Source of the DNA: an uncultured virus (IMG/VR IMGVR_UViG_3300042691_027621) | Lineage: Duplodnaviria > Heunggongvirae > Uroviricota > Caudoviricetes | Reading direction: 5' to 3' (one strand) | IMG/VR virus record: IMGVR_UViG_3300042691_027621 | Location: 55,339-75,338 of that record | Length of the DNA: 20,000 nt | Shown here: positions 1 through 8,459 of the stretch, piece by piece | Numbering within the stretch: the first letter of the stretch is position 1 | Layout of the letters: each line of letters starts with the position of its first letter | Notes under the pieces: model-generated | The model's database searches: none | Told to the model about the DNA's origin: nothing | Seen by the model: the letters and a program-made list of their open reading frames with translations, nothing else | Position numbers and translations under genes: made by a program

Positions 1-1
1 G

Positions 2-1795
2 GTCAACTTGTCTACTGCTTACACCGCCAGCGACTATTTGACTTTTGTTGTACTAGGCATCACTACACCAATTCAATATTCCTGGAGCACTCCACAAACT
101 GAATATTTTACAGTTGATGCAGCAATCAATGCGGCTCGCACTGTAAATCTTTCCAACAACACTGGCGGCACCAATCCTTGCAACGCCATTGTTGAGATCA
201 ATGGCTTACGCCTGCGTCCTTCGGAAGGCGCAGAATACATTGGAGACAACACTACCACAGGATTTGCTTTGCCAACCCGAGGTGGATATTCCCAAGGTAT
301 TGTTAATGCACTAACTGATGTGACGGTGTATGTTAACAATGTGCTGCAACAGCAAAACACTGGCGCAGGCGGAGCTTATGTAGTAACTCCCTGGAACAGC
401 GTCAGTAATGACCGTGAAGTAGTGTTTGCAGTACCTCCGGCAGTTGGTGATCGTATATTGATTGCTGTAAGTACAGTAGCTGAATACCTTATTGTGAACT
501 CACAACTACAACTAGTTACTGCACCCACAATTGGCGCAACTATTGCAGTGACCACTTATAACGACACAAGTCAACAAAATATTCTTACCTTGGTATTCCA
601 GGGTCCATTGAATACTGGTATCACTGTAACTGAAAGCTATGACAGCACTACTTTTGATGCTGGCAGCACAACCGGTGCTCCAGGATCTTATGATTATTCT
701 GCTGGTGCAATAATTCCAGACAACAATCTTGATCTTCAGCGATTGGGAGTACAAGCTGGTCGTTTGTGGGTCACACTCAACGGCTATAGACTGTTTGACG
801 GTGTAGATTACACTGTACAGGGCCAGTATCTCATACTGGCATCTGGACCAATGGCCAGTTCTGATATTGTTGTGATAACTGAGTTCACAGAAAGCGTGGT
901 GCCTGAGGCATTGGCTTTCCGTATTTTCCAAGACATGCGCGGAGTGCAGGCAACCTATCGCATGACTACCGCAACAACCACATTCTTAACAGCCAATGTC
1001 ACTGCCAGTGCTGATATCATTTATGTTAATAATGCCAGTGCGCTGACCGAACCAGATTTGCCCAACGGAATTTTTGGTGTGTGCATGATAGAAGGCGAAC
1101 GTATTATGTATCGCAACAGAAATACAGCATTGAACACCATCAGTGGACTCATGCGTGGCACAGCAGGAACTGCTACAACTGGCCACAGTGCTGGTACTGT
1201 GGTCTATAACATGGGACGCGGCAATTTGATGTATGAAGAATACCAAGATCGTATTGTAAAAGATACATCGTTGGGCGACGGTTCTACTACTATTTTCTAT
1301 GCACCCAACATCAATGCTGTGCCAGAATATCCACGTGACAGCAGTACTGCTTATATTGATCACAGCATTGAAGTGTATGTAGGCGGAATTAGACAGTATC
1401 CTATCACTGAGCTTGAAACCCCAAGTCAGTATAGATACACTGTGTCTATGATAGAGCCATTGAGCATTGAGTTTATCACTGACAATGATCCAGTTAGTCC
1501 GCTGCTGGCACCAGCTGCTGGTGAAGAAGTTTCAATAACTCAACGAGTAAGCAAGAGCTGGTACGATCTTGGAACTATTTCTCCAGTCACCAGCATCGTG
1601 GTTGGAAACAGCTACTTTATCTGGGCTCTAGGAAATACCAACTGGATTGCACTGGGCGCTGAAGACGCTAGAGAAGGTGCGTTGTTTACAGCTACCGCAG
1701 CAGGAACGGGAACAGGACAAGTGCGTACTGCCAGCGATGGTATAGCTCTGCAGGAAACTGACACTCAGGCTGCAAGGTTCCTGCGTGGTTTATAA
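2..1795 (+). CDS. Large virion structural protein (baseplate/tail-associated, repeated Ig-like beta modules), 5'-truncated
   Basis: Frame is open from base 2, so the true start is probably upstream. T/V/G/S-rich with recurring beta-strand motifs (VEINGLRL, VYVNNVLQ, VTLNGYRLFDGVDYTV, VYVGGIRQ) and GD(N/G)xTTxF motifs typical of large-phage baseplate/tail proteins. Lies next to fibre genes. Confidence 0.65.
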   Translation, partial: VNLSTAYTASDYLTFVVLGITTPIQYSWSTPQTEYFTVDAAINAARTVNLSNNTGGTNPCNAIVEINGLRLRPSEGAEYIGDNTTTGFALPTRGGYSQGIVNALTDVTVYVNNVLQQQNTGAGGAYVVTPWNSVSNDREVVFAVPPAVGDRILIAVSTVAEYLIVNSQLQLVTAPTIGATIAVTTYNDTSQQNILTLVFQGPLNTGITVTESYDSTTFDAGSTTGAPGSYDYSAGAIIPDNNLDLQRLGVQAGRLWVTLNGYRLFDGVDYTVQGQYLILASGPMASSDIVVITEFTESVVPEALAFRIFQDMRGVQATYRMTTATTTFLTANVTASADIIYVNNASALTEPDLPNGIFGVCMIEGERIMYRNRNTALNTISGLMRGTAGTATTGHSAGTVVYNMGRGNLMYEEYQDRIVKDTSLGDGSTTIFYAPNINAVPEYPRDSSTAYIDHSIEVYVGGIRQYPITELETPSQYRYTVSMIEPLSIEFITDNDPVSPLLAPAAGEEVSITQRVSKSWYDLGTISPVTSIVVGNSYFIWALGNTNWIALGAEDAREGALFTATAAGTGTGQVRTASDGIALQETDTQAARFLRGL

Positions 1796-1800
1796 CAAGG

Positions 1801-1806
1801 TAAATA
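1801..1806 (+). promoter_or_regulatory. Possible late-promoter core TAAATA
   Basis: GGTAAATAAG in the 18-nt gap before ATG 1814; a partial match to the T4 late consensus TATAAATA seen intact at 2561. Confidence 0.35.
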
Positions 1807-1813
1807 AGTGATC

Positions 1814-1963
1814 ATGTCAAATACAGTACCAAACAAGCAACAACCACCAAAAATGCCGGCTGCACCGCGCCGGCCCAACGAGCACGGTACAATCAGCGTA
1901 CAGGGTTATTTTAGAGTGTTTGATCCAAAAACACAAAAAACCATTGTGGAGGGTCGCTCATGA
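1814..1963 (+). CDS. 49-aa small protein MSNTVPNKQQPPKMPAAPRRPNEHGTISVQGYFRVFDPKTQKTIVEGRS (absent from ORF track)
   Basis: Hand-translated from ATG 1814 to TGA 1961-1963. Fills the gap and overlaps the next start as ATGA. Its C-terminal half resembles the N-terminus of the next protein. Confidence 0.75.
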   Translation: MSNTVPNKQQPPKMPAAPRRPNEHGTISVQGYFRVFDPKTQKTIVEGRS

Positions 1964-2565
1964 TAGTTCCTGGATTGGCCAAAATTGAAGGTTTTGTAAA
2001 AATTCACAACCCAGAAACCGGCGAAGTTTTTGTTGACAAGAAAAATGCTATTCACTACGAAAATATTAGTATCAGCATGGCACAAACACTGAGTGATCGC
2101 AACACCGGCTACATCTATGCTATGGCGTTTGGCAACGGTGGTAGCTCGGTAGATCCCACTGGTGTTATTACATACTTGCCGCCTAACACAACTGGCCAAA
2201 ACGCTGACTTGTATAATCAAACTTATATTAAAGTTGTCAACGATAATTCAGCAGCCGACACTGACCCTGAAAACAACAAAATGACTGTGATTCACACTCC
2301 AGGCACAGTGTATACAGACATTCTTGTTACTTGTTTGTTGGACTACGGGGAACCTCCTGAACAGCAGGCATTTGACAATTCAACCAATTTCAATGGTGAA
2401 TATGTTTTTGACGAGCTTGGACTCAAAGCCTGGAATGGCAGCGCAGACAATTTAAGATTGATCACTCATGTGATTTTTCACCCTGTGCAAAAGAGCTTGA
2501 ACCGTCAAATTCAAATTGACTATACCTTGCGTATTCAAACGCTCAGCAACATAAATGCTGTATAA
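1960..2565 (+). CDS. Putative baseplate/tail-collar structural protein
   Basis: 201 aa. MAFGNGG ... FDELGL ... LITHVIFHPVQK pattern is reminiscent of phage tail-collar/fibre-attachment domains; sits within the structural module. Confidence 0.5.
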   Translation: MIVPGLAKIEGFVKIHNPETGEVFVDKKNAIHYENISISMAQTLSDRNTGYIYAMAFGNGGSSVDPTGVITYLPPNTTGQNADLYNQTYIKVVNDNSAADTDPENNKMTVIHTPGTVYTDILVTCLLDYGEPPEQQAFDNSTNFNGEYVFDELGLKAWNGSADNLRLITHVIFHPVQKSLNRQIQIDYTLRIQTLSNINAV

Positions 2566-2568
2566 ATA
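2561..2568 (+). promoter_or_regulatory. T4-type late promoter TATAAATA
   Basis: Exact match to the T4 gp55-dependent late consensus, overlapping the upstream stop and 27 nt before the fibre ATG (2596). SD-like AGGA/AGGT follows. Confidence 0.6.
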
Positions 2569-2595
2569 TGATATAATTAGGAACAGGTAACTGAC

Positions 2596-4332
2596 ATGGC
2601 TTATGTAATCAACCTTACCGATGGTGCTACTTTTGCTACCATTGCAGATGGTACTATCAATACTTCTAGCTCAATGACGCTGGTAGGTAAAAACTACGCC
2701 GGCTACGGTGAGTTCTTAGACGAAAACTTTATTCACTTGTTGGAAAACGGTTCTAACACCACTGCACCCCCAGCACCGTTGACTGGTCAGCTTTGGTGGG
2801 ACAAAACCAATAACTTGCTGAAAGTTTACAACGGCTCAACATTCAAAACTATTTCAGCAGCTACAGCCAGTGCCAGTGCACCTGCATCTAATGTCACAGG
2901 AGATTTGTGGTACGACACGGTTAACCAGCAACTTAAGGTGTGGACTGGTTCTGCTTTCTTAGTAGTTGGTCCGGCCTTCTCTAGTGCTACAGGCACAGCT
3001 GGCGCTATTCCTGAAACTATTAACGATTCAGGCGGCAGCCCGCACTTTGTTACCACTTTGTACGTAAACAACAGCAGACAGGCTATTGTCAGTTTAGACT
3101 CGGCTTTTACACCTGCGTCGCCAATTAACACCAACTTCCCAACTATCTATCCAGGTATAACCGTGACCAAGAACGCCAGCAGTGTTCTCAGCGGAAACGT
3201 GGTCAACACTGGTAACCTTACTTTAGGCGCAGGCGGCGCAACCACTGTTACTGTAACTAGCACAGGCGGCAACATTTCTGGCTATGTTAGTGCTAGTGGA
3301 AACGTTACAGGTGGCAATTTAATCACAGCTGGCCTGGCCACAGTGTCTGGCAACGTTACAGGTGGCAATTTCTTAACCAGCGGCATTGTCAGTGCCACAG
3401 GCAACATCACCGCCGGCAACGTTGCAGCAACCAATTACACTGGTACCGTAGTTAGCGTGACTGGCAACGTCACCGGCGGTAATGTACTAACAGGTGGAAT
3501 TTTGAGTGCTAGTGGTAACATCACTGGTGGCAATATTGCTGCTACATTGCACACTGGTACCGCAGTTAGTGTTACAGGAAACGTCACTGGTGGTAATTTG
3601 ATTACTAGTGGTCTAGTGACTGTGACTGGTAATATCAACAGTTCAGCTAACATTGCAGGTAGTTACTTCTTGGGCAACGGTGCATTACTAACTGGTATCA
3701 GTGCAGCGGTTAGTGTTCAAAAGATCTCTGCTGGCACAACCGAAGTTAACATTCCTAGCTCAGGTGGATCAATTTTTGCCAACGTAGCAGGAACTTCCAA
3801 CGTCATGGTTGTTTCTAGTTCAGGCGCTACCTTCAGCGGCATTACTGTGCCCAGCATTGGTAAAAGCGGTTCAAATGCTGTGGGCAACATTGGATCTAGC
3901 TCAAACTATTTTAACCAGGTATTTGCCACAGCAACTACAGCACTGTACGCTGACGTTGCAGAACGATTTGAAGCTGACGAAGTCATGGAACCAGGTACAG
4001 TGGTCGAACTTGGTGGCGAAAAAGAAATTACCAAATCTCGTGCAGAACTCAGCGACTTAGTGTTTGGTGTGATAAGTACAAAGCCCGCATTTACTATGAA
4101 CGGTGGAGCAGGCGAAAACGATACTCATCCTCCTGTGGCAATGACTGGTCGCGTTCCAGTTAAAGTTTCAGGTATAATACACAAAGGCGATCGATTAGTT
4201 TCAGCAGGAGATGGGTTGGCCCGTGCAGCTCGCCCAGGCGAAGCAACATCATTTAATGTGATCGGGCGTGCATTGACATCCAAGCTGAGCACAGATATTG
4301 GTACCGTTGAAGCAATTGTGAGTATCAAATAA
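2596..4332 (+). CDS. Tail fibre/appendage protein with repeat shaft and C-terminal intramolecular-chaperone (peptidase G2-like) domain
   Basis: N-terminal LVGKNYAGYGEFLDENFIHLLEN and G(Q/D)LW(W/Y)D motifs, central GN[VI]TGGN repeats, C-terminal YADVAE...PGTVV...GRVPVKV.G.I.KGD.LV resembling the autoproteolytic chaperone of phi29-like appendages. Confidence 0.75.
   Translation: MAYVINLTDGATFATIADGTINTSSSMTLVGKNYAGYGEFLDENFIHLLENGSNTTAPPAPLTGQLWWDKTNNLLKVYNGSTFKTISAATASASAPASNVTGDLWYDTVNQQLKVWTGSAFLVVGPAFSSATGTAGAIPETINDSGGSPHFVTTLYVNNSRQAIVSLDSAFTPASPINTNFPTIYPGITVTKNASSVLSGNVVNTGNLTLGAGGATTVTVTSTGGNISGYVSASGNVTGGNLITAGLATVSGNVTGGNFLTSGIVSATGNITAGNVAATNYTGTVVSVTGNVTGGNVLTGGILSASGNITGGNIAATLHTGTAVSVTGNVTGGNLITSGLVTVTGNINSSANIAGSYFLGNGALLTGISAAVSVQKISAGTTEVNIPSSGGSIFANVAGTSNVMVVSSSGATFSGITVPSIGKSGSNAVGNIGSSSNYFNQVFATATTALYADVAERFEADEVMEPGTVVELGGEKEITKSRAELSDLVFGVISTKPAFTMNGGAGENDTHPPVAMTGRVPVKVSGIIHKGDRLVSAGDGLARAARPGEATSFNVIGRALTSKLSTDIGTVEAIVSIK
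3298..3645 (+). repeat. Coding tandem repeat GN[VI]T[GA]GN with unit spacing 17,17,21,17,21,17 aa
   Basis: Unit starts at 3298, 3349, 3400, 3463, 3514, 3577, 3628 (51 or 63 nt apart). Units 1 and 2 share AACGTTACAGGTGGCAATTT; later copies diverge at synonymous sites. Confidence 0.9.
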
Positions 4333-4345
4333 TTAGGACAAAAGC

Positions 4346-5311
4346 ATGACATACGTAAGCGGTGGTTTAATACAGGCCACAGACTATAATGGATTCGTAA
4401 GTACCAATGCCAATGCCAACGTCAACGACGTTTGGGGCACTGGATCGGGAGACAAAGGCTGGGGGCAAAGTGCGCTGGCCACTGTGAGTGCTACCAATAC
4501 AATCACTGCTACTCAATGGGGTAGTTTGGTCAACACTCTTGCCAGCATGGGAAGCCAGACCAACACCGCAATCACTGCAAGATCAGCACCCACCACTGGG
4601 CAAACCATTGGCATACTATCAGCTCTCAACACTGATCTAACCAACATAACCACTAACCGCGCATTTGCAGCAGCCAACGGTAGTCAATTTACAGGATGGA
4701 CTGGCACCAATTCTAAAACCGCTGCCACATCGGGCGCACCCTGGAGCATTACTTTTACCAATACAGTAACTTTTGCTAGTGCAAATGCTGCTCGCTGGTT
4801 TTTCAATGCTGGAGGTCGAATCAAACTAGACGTAAGCAAAACAGCCACAGGTGCCACAGGCGATCCAGAATGGAACGATCTGGCCAATACCTTGTGTGGT
4901 GATATATTTTTCACCGGCATTGCTGCCAGCAAAACTATTGCTGGTGCTGCATACACTGGAACTACCAAAGTTGGCGGTTCGGGTACGCCCAACACACTGA
5001 GCACTGCTACTGGTTTTTATGCTTTGACCCCTGGTGCAGCAGCCACTATTATCTATAAACAGTTTGCCGATACTGCTCCGTACACCGCAAACTTTATTCA
5101 ACACAGTGTGGCGCTGAACGCCGCTTCGACTGTTTTAACATTTACTACACTTTGGTCAGCATCAGACGGCGACCCAATTTCGGGCGGTACTGCAAGTACA
5201 GGAGCCACTCCCGGAACTGCACCTACTACTATTTGTACATATTTCCCGCCCTCAACAACATATTTGAGCAACAGTTGGGGAACACCAGCTGTAGCTGCTA
5301 CAACAGTTTAA
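4346..5311 (+). CDS. Thr/Ala/Gly/Ser-rich virion structural protein (fibre/baseplate-associated)
   Basis: 321 aa, low charge, very T/A/G/S-rich, AGGA SD upstream, last gene before the terminator. Confidence 0.6.
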   Translation: MTYVSGGLIQATDYNGFVSTNANANVNDVWGTGSGDKGWGQSALATVSATNTITATQWGSLVNTLASMGSQTNTAITARSAPTTGQTIGILSALNTDLTNITTNRAFAAANGSQFTGWTGTNSKTAATSGAPWSITFTNTVTFASANAARWFFNAGGRIKLDVSKTATGATGDPEWNDLANTLCGDIFFTGIAASKTIAGAAYTGTTKVGGSGTPNTLSTATGFYALTPGAAATIIYKQFADTAPYTANFIQHSVALNAASTVLTFTTLWSASDGDPISGGTASTGATPGTAPTTICTYFPPSTTYLSNSWGTPAVAATTV

Positions 5312-5314
5312 TCA

Positions 5315-5350
5315 AAAGGGCCGCAAGGCCCTTTACTTTTCTCTTTTTTT
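5315..5350 (+). terminator. Rho-independent terminator
   Basis: Perfect 8-bp stem AAAGGGCC-GCAA-GGCCCTTT (5315-5334, GNRA loop) followed by ACTTTTCTCTTTTTTT, 3 nt after the stop at 5311. Confidence 0.9.
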
Positions 5351-5360
5351 CCTGTATACT
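5332..5360 (+). promoter_or_regulatory. Sigma70-like promoter, probably leaderless, for the modification operon
   Basis: TTTACT (5332-5337), 17 nt spacer, TATACT (5355-5360). ATG at 5367 is at the expected +1 position and has no SD. Confidence 0.6.
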
Positions 5361-5366
5361 AACATC

Positions 5367-5675
5367 ATGGATACTGATGCCCTTGTTGCTCACGCACGAG
5401 CAAGATTTAATCATGCTGTTGCAAAACGGCTACTAAAAGAAAAATACCTGGCCAAAATGACCTTTGCTTATCGCGGTGGCATGTGGCGTGCTGGTCCTGA
5501 ACTGCTGGCTGTGTTACAAACTGTGCCAGTAGAAGATGAAGTGGTTATTGTTGACTTATACGAAAACCCTGTTAAAATTGATCCACTAGAACTACAGCAC
5601 TTGGCATTTGACCGTTGGCAAGAACAAATGAATGCCTGGCACGTGGAGTTTGAAGAAATGAGCAAACGTCGATGA
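5367..5675 (+). CDS. Hypothetical protein, first gene of operon
   Basis: 102 aa; ATGA overlap with the next gene; no recognised motif. Confidence 0.8.
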   Translation: MDTDALVAHARARFNHAVAKRLLKEKYLAKMTFAYRGGMWRAGPELLAVLQTVPVEDEVVIVDLYENPVKIDPLELQHLAFDRWQEQMNAWHVEFEEMSKRR

Positions 5676-6475
5676 CCACCGGCGCACTGATATTTGCATT
5701 TAACAATGAACAAACCGACTACCTTGCTATGGCTCGATGGAATGCTGCAAACATTCGTAGGCACCTTAACATTCCAGTGGCCGTGGTCACAGACCAAACA
5801 GGATCTGATATTGTGGAAGGATTTGATCACGTCATTCATGCAGACCCCAAAGCGGGAGGAACCCGTTATTTCCAGGATTATGATGCCACTGTTACGTGGC
5901 ATAACGCAGGCCGAGTTGATGCTTATAGTTTGTCCCCTTGGGACTGCACACTAGTATTAGATGCTGATTATGTTGTGGCCAGTGCTGCACTGCGCAATGT
6001 AATCAACGCTGATCGTGACTTTATGTGCTATCGCTGGGCCACAGACATGACCACTGGACGGGAGTTAGAAGCTCTCAACACATTTGGGCGCCATCAAATG
6101 CCCATGCGTTGGGCCACAGTAATGATGTTCCGTAGATCAAACACAGCACAATATATATTTGACTGTATGCAAATGATTCAAGACAACTGGCAACACTATC
6201 GCGATTTGTATGCCATAGACAAAAGCACATATCGCAACGACTTTGCATTGAGTATTGCTCTGGGCATTGTAAGTGGACACACCAACCATGTAAGTGATAT
6301 TCCATGGCCCATGATGAGCGTCATGCCTGAACATACTTTAAAGCAAGTGGACGCTGACAGTTACGAGATTACATTTGTAGATGCTGATCGAAAACCTCAA
6401 ACAGTAGGCTGGATTGGTTTTGATTTCCATGCCATGGGCAAACGTCATTTGGAGAATATCGTTGCGTCCTGTTGA
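5672..6475 (+). CDS. GT-A fold glycosyltransferase, GT8-like
   Basis: N-terminal GALIFAFN strand, VAVVTD, SPWDCTLVLDADY (DxD motif), RND, C-terminal FHAMGK His motif. Confidence 0.7.
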   Translation: MTTGALIFAFNNEQTDYLAMARWNAANIRRHLNIPVAVVTDQTGSDIVEGFDHVIHADPKAGGTRYFQDYDATVTWHNAGRVDAYSLSPWDCTLVLDADYVVASAALRNVINADRDFMCYRWATDMTTGRELEALNTFGRHQMPMRWATVMMFRRSNTAQYIFDCMQMIQDNWQHYRDLYAIDKSTYRNDFALSIALGIVSGHTNHVSDIPWPMMSVMPEHTLKQVDADSYEITFVDADRKPQTVGWIGFDFHAMGKRHLENIVASC

Positions 6476-7226
6476 AGAACAAGGTTACATTATTCCTGCG
6501 TTCAATGTAGACAAGATAGACTACGTTGATTGTGCTCGTACCTTGGCAAAAACTTTACTGGCACAACATCCCAGGGCACGTATCTGTTTGCTGACCAACG
6601 AACCCTATGCAGCGGACTATAGTTTGTTTGCCTACACACACGTTGTAGACATCAATCGAGAAAATCCCTATGCCAACGACCCTTTGGTATTTGCTCAAAC
6701 ACCCTTCCGCGAAACTATCAAGCTAGAAGCAGACATGCTGATTGCCAGTCCAATAGATCACTGGTGGACCATGTTTAGGCATCGTGATGTGGTGTTGTCC
6801 ACTGGCTGCCGTAACTGGCGCGACGAAATCAGCACAGCTCGAGACTACCGAACAGTTTTTGATCAAAACAATTTGCCAGACGTGTACAATGCTATTACCT
6901 ATTGGCGTCGCAGTGAAATGGCCAAAGAGTTCTTTGACACTGTGCGCAATATATTTGTTCATTGGACAGAATATCGTCGGCTCATCAAATACTCGCCCGA
7001 TGTACCAGATACAGATTTGGTCTATGCCATGGCTGCACAGGTTATAGGGCCTGAATTGGTTACTATTCCAGGATCGCCCTCAATTGTACACATGAAACAA
7101 GCACATGCAGGCACAGCCACAAAAGACTGGACACAAGAATTGGTTTGGGAAATGAATCCATTGAGAATCAATACCGTTGCTCAATGGGGTGCGTTCCACT
7201 ATAATGTTAAAAGGTGGCAACCATGA
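6462..7226 (+). CDS. GT8-like glycosyltransferase paralog with DxD changed to EAD
   Basis: Start reassigned to TTG 6462 (GGAG at 6451-6454). GYIIPAFN, ICLLTN, TPFRETIKLEADML, RRSEMAKEFFD and VHMK align by eye with the preceding protein. Confidence 0.65.
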   Translation: MRPVEEQGYIIPAFNVDKIDYVDCARTLAKTLLAQHPRARICLLTNEPYAADYSLFAYTHVVDINRENPYANDPLVFAQTPFRETIKLEADMLIASPIDHWWTMFRHRDVVLSTGCRNWRDEISTARDYRTVFDQNNLPDVYNAITYWRRSEMAKEFFDTVRNIFVHWTEYRRLIKYSPDVPDTDLVYAMAAQVIGPELVTIPGSPSIVHMKQAHAGTATKDWTQELVWEMNPLRINTVAQWGAFHYNVKRWQP

Positions 7227-7549
7227 TGACCCCAGATGAATTCTTTGGTGTATTAGAAAGTATGCCACAACCTCAGTCTGTATTTTATAGACTGTATTAT
7301 GAAGGTGAACGCCCACTATTCTACAGCATGGAAGACTTGCCCGGTACATACATTGAAGTTACCCCTGAACAGTATGCTAGGAGCCAAATGAAAGTGCGTA
7401 TTCGCAACGGAAGGATAATTCCTATCACTTGGCAAACGGCACAAAAACTCGCACCCAGCAACGCAGGCACACTGTGCCATTTGCAAGATGTTGCTATTGT
7501 TGTAAAAGAAAACGGAACCTATTGGAGCAAACGGACTTATGAAAGTTGA
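7223..7549 (+). CDS. Hypothetical protein
   Basis: ATG 7223 gives an ATGA overlap with the previous stop; 108 aa; overlaps the next gene by 11 nt. Confidence 0.75.
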   Translation: MMTPDEFFGVLESMPQPQSVFYRLYYEGERPLFYSMEDLPGTYIEVTPEQYARSQMKVRIRNGRIIPITWQTAQKLAPSNAGTLCHLQDVAIVVKENGTYWSKRTYES

Positions 7550-8459
7550 TATCGCAGATTTAGACTGCATTTACTTAACCTATGACGAACCACAAAAAGA
7601 AGAGTTTTGGATCAAAATTCGCAACATGGTGCCTTGGGCAAAACGGGTGGATGGCGTTAAGGGCAGCGATGCTGCTCACAAAGCGGCGGCGCAGGCCAGT
7701 GACAGTGATAGATTCATTCTCATTGATGGCGACAATCTCCCCAACCCGTCGTTTTTTAATCAGACGCTTGTTCTTCCTAATGAAGAATACAAGAACGCTG
7801 TGTTCCGGTGGCGGGCACGTAATCACATTAACGGTTTGATGTACGGCAACGGAGGCCTAAGTTCATGGACAAAGGAGTTTGTGATGAACATGCAAACTCA
7901 TGAAGCCACAGACGGACGAGATGAAACTCAGGTAGAGTTTTGTTTTGATCCCTTGTATTGGCCCATGCATGATTGTTATTCAACAACTTACCCCAACGGT
8001 GATGATTTCCATGCGTGGCGTGCAGGATTTCGAGAAGGCGTTAAGATGTGCCTGCAACGCGGTCGCAAACCCACGGTAGAAGAATTTAAAAATCAAGTGC
8101 TACGAAACTTAGACAATCTCACAATCTGGCACAACGTGGGCACAGATGTAGAATATGGCGAGTGGGCCATCGCTGGCGCACGTCAAGGCACCTATATGAC
8201 CATGCTTACTAATTGGGATCATACCTTGGTGCAAAGTTTTGATGCCTTGGCCGAACTATGGCTCACAGTGAAAGATGGCCAACCAAGATTGCTCAGTAAT
8301 CGGTTGGCCGAGGACTTGCACACACAATTGGATCTGCCAATGGCCATCCTAGAATGTGAACAAAGCGCATTTTTTAAACATCACTATCGTTTGAACTGGC
8401 ACAATCAAGGTGTTATGGTTCGAGAAATTGACGTTATTCGCAAGATAGAAGGTTGGTAA
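7539..8459 (+). CDS. GT-A fold (GT2-like) nucleotide-sugar transferase-like protein
   Basis: DCIYLTYDEP first strand, GVKGSDAAHKAAA helix, then DRFILIDGDN (hydrophobic strand + DxD), GNGGL, AWRAGFREGVK. Confidence 0.55.
   Translation: MKVDIADLDCIYLTYDEPQKEEFWIKIRNMVPWAKRVDGVKGSDAAHKAAAQASDSDRFILIDGDNLPNPSFFNQTLVLPNEEYKNAVFRWRARNHINGLMYGNGGLSSWTKEFVMNMQTHEATDGRDETQVEFCFDPLYWPMHDCYSTTYPNGDDFHAWRAGFREGVKMCLQRGRKPTVEEFKNQVLRNLDNLTIWHNVGTDVEYGEWAIAGARQGTYMTMLTNWDHTLVQSFDALAELWLTVKDGQPRLLSNRLAEDLHTQLDLPMAILECEQSAFFKHHYRLNWHNQGVMVREIDVIRKIEGW

Noticed and set aside
3298..3645. Repeats as a CRISPR array or DGR template/variable pair
   Set aside because: In-frame, diverged at synonymous positions, no unique spacers, no adenine-specific mismatch pattern, no cas or reverse transcriptase gene.
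5152..5436. 94-aa ORF spanning the module boundary
   Set aside because: Runs through the terminator/promoter and overlaps two better genes out of frame.
6414..6461. ORF-track start at 6414 (likewise 7214, 8453, 9819)
   Set aside because: Downstream starts 6462, 7223, 8459 and 9828 have an SD, a stop-start overlap or an ATG and give shorter overlaps.
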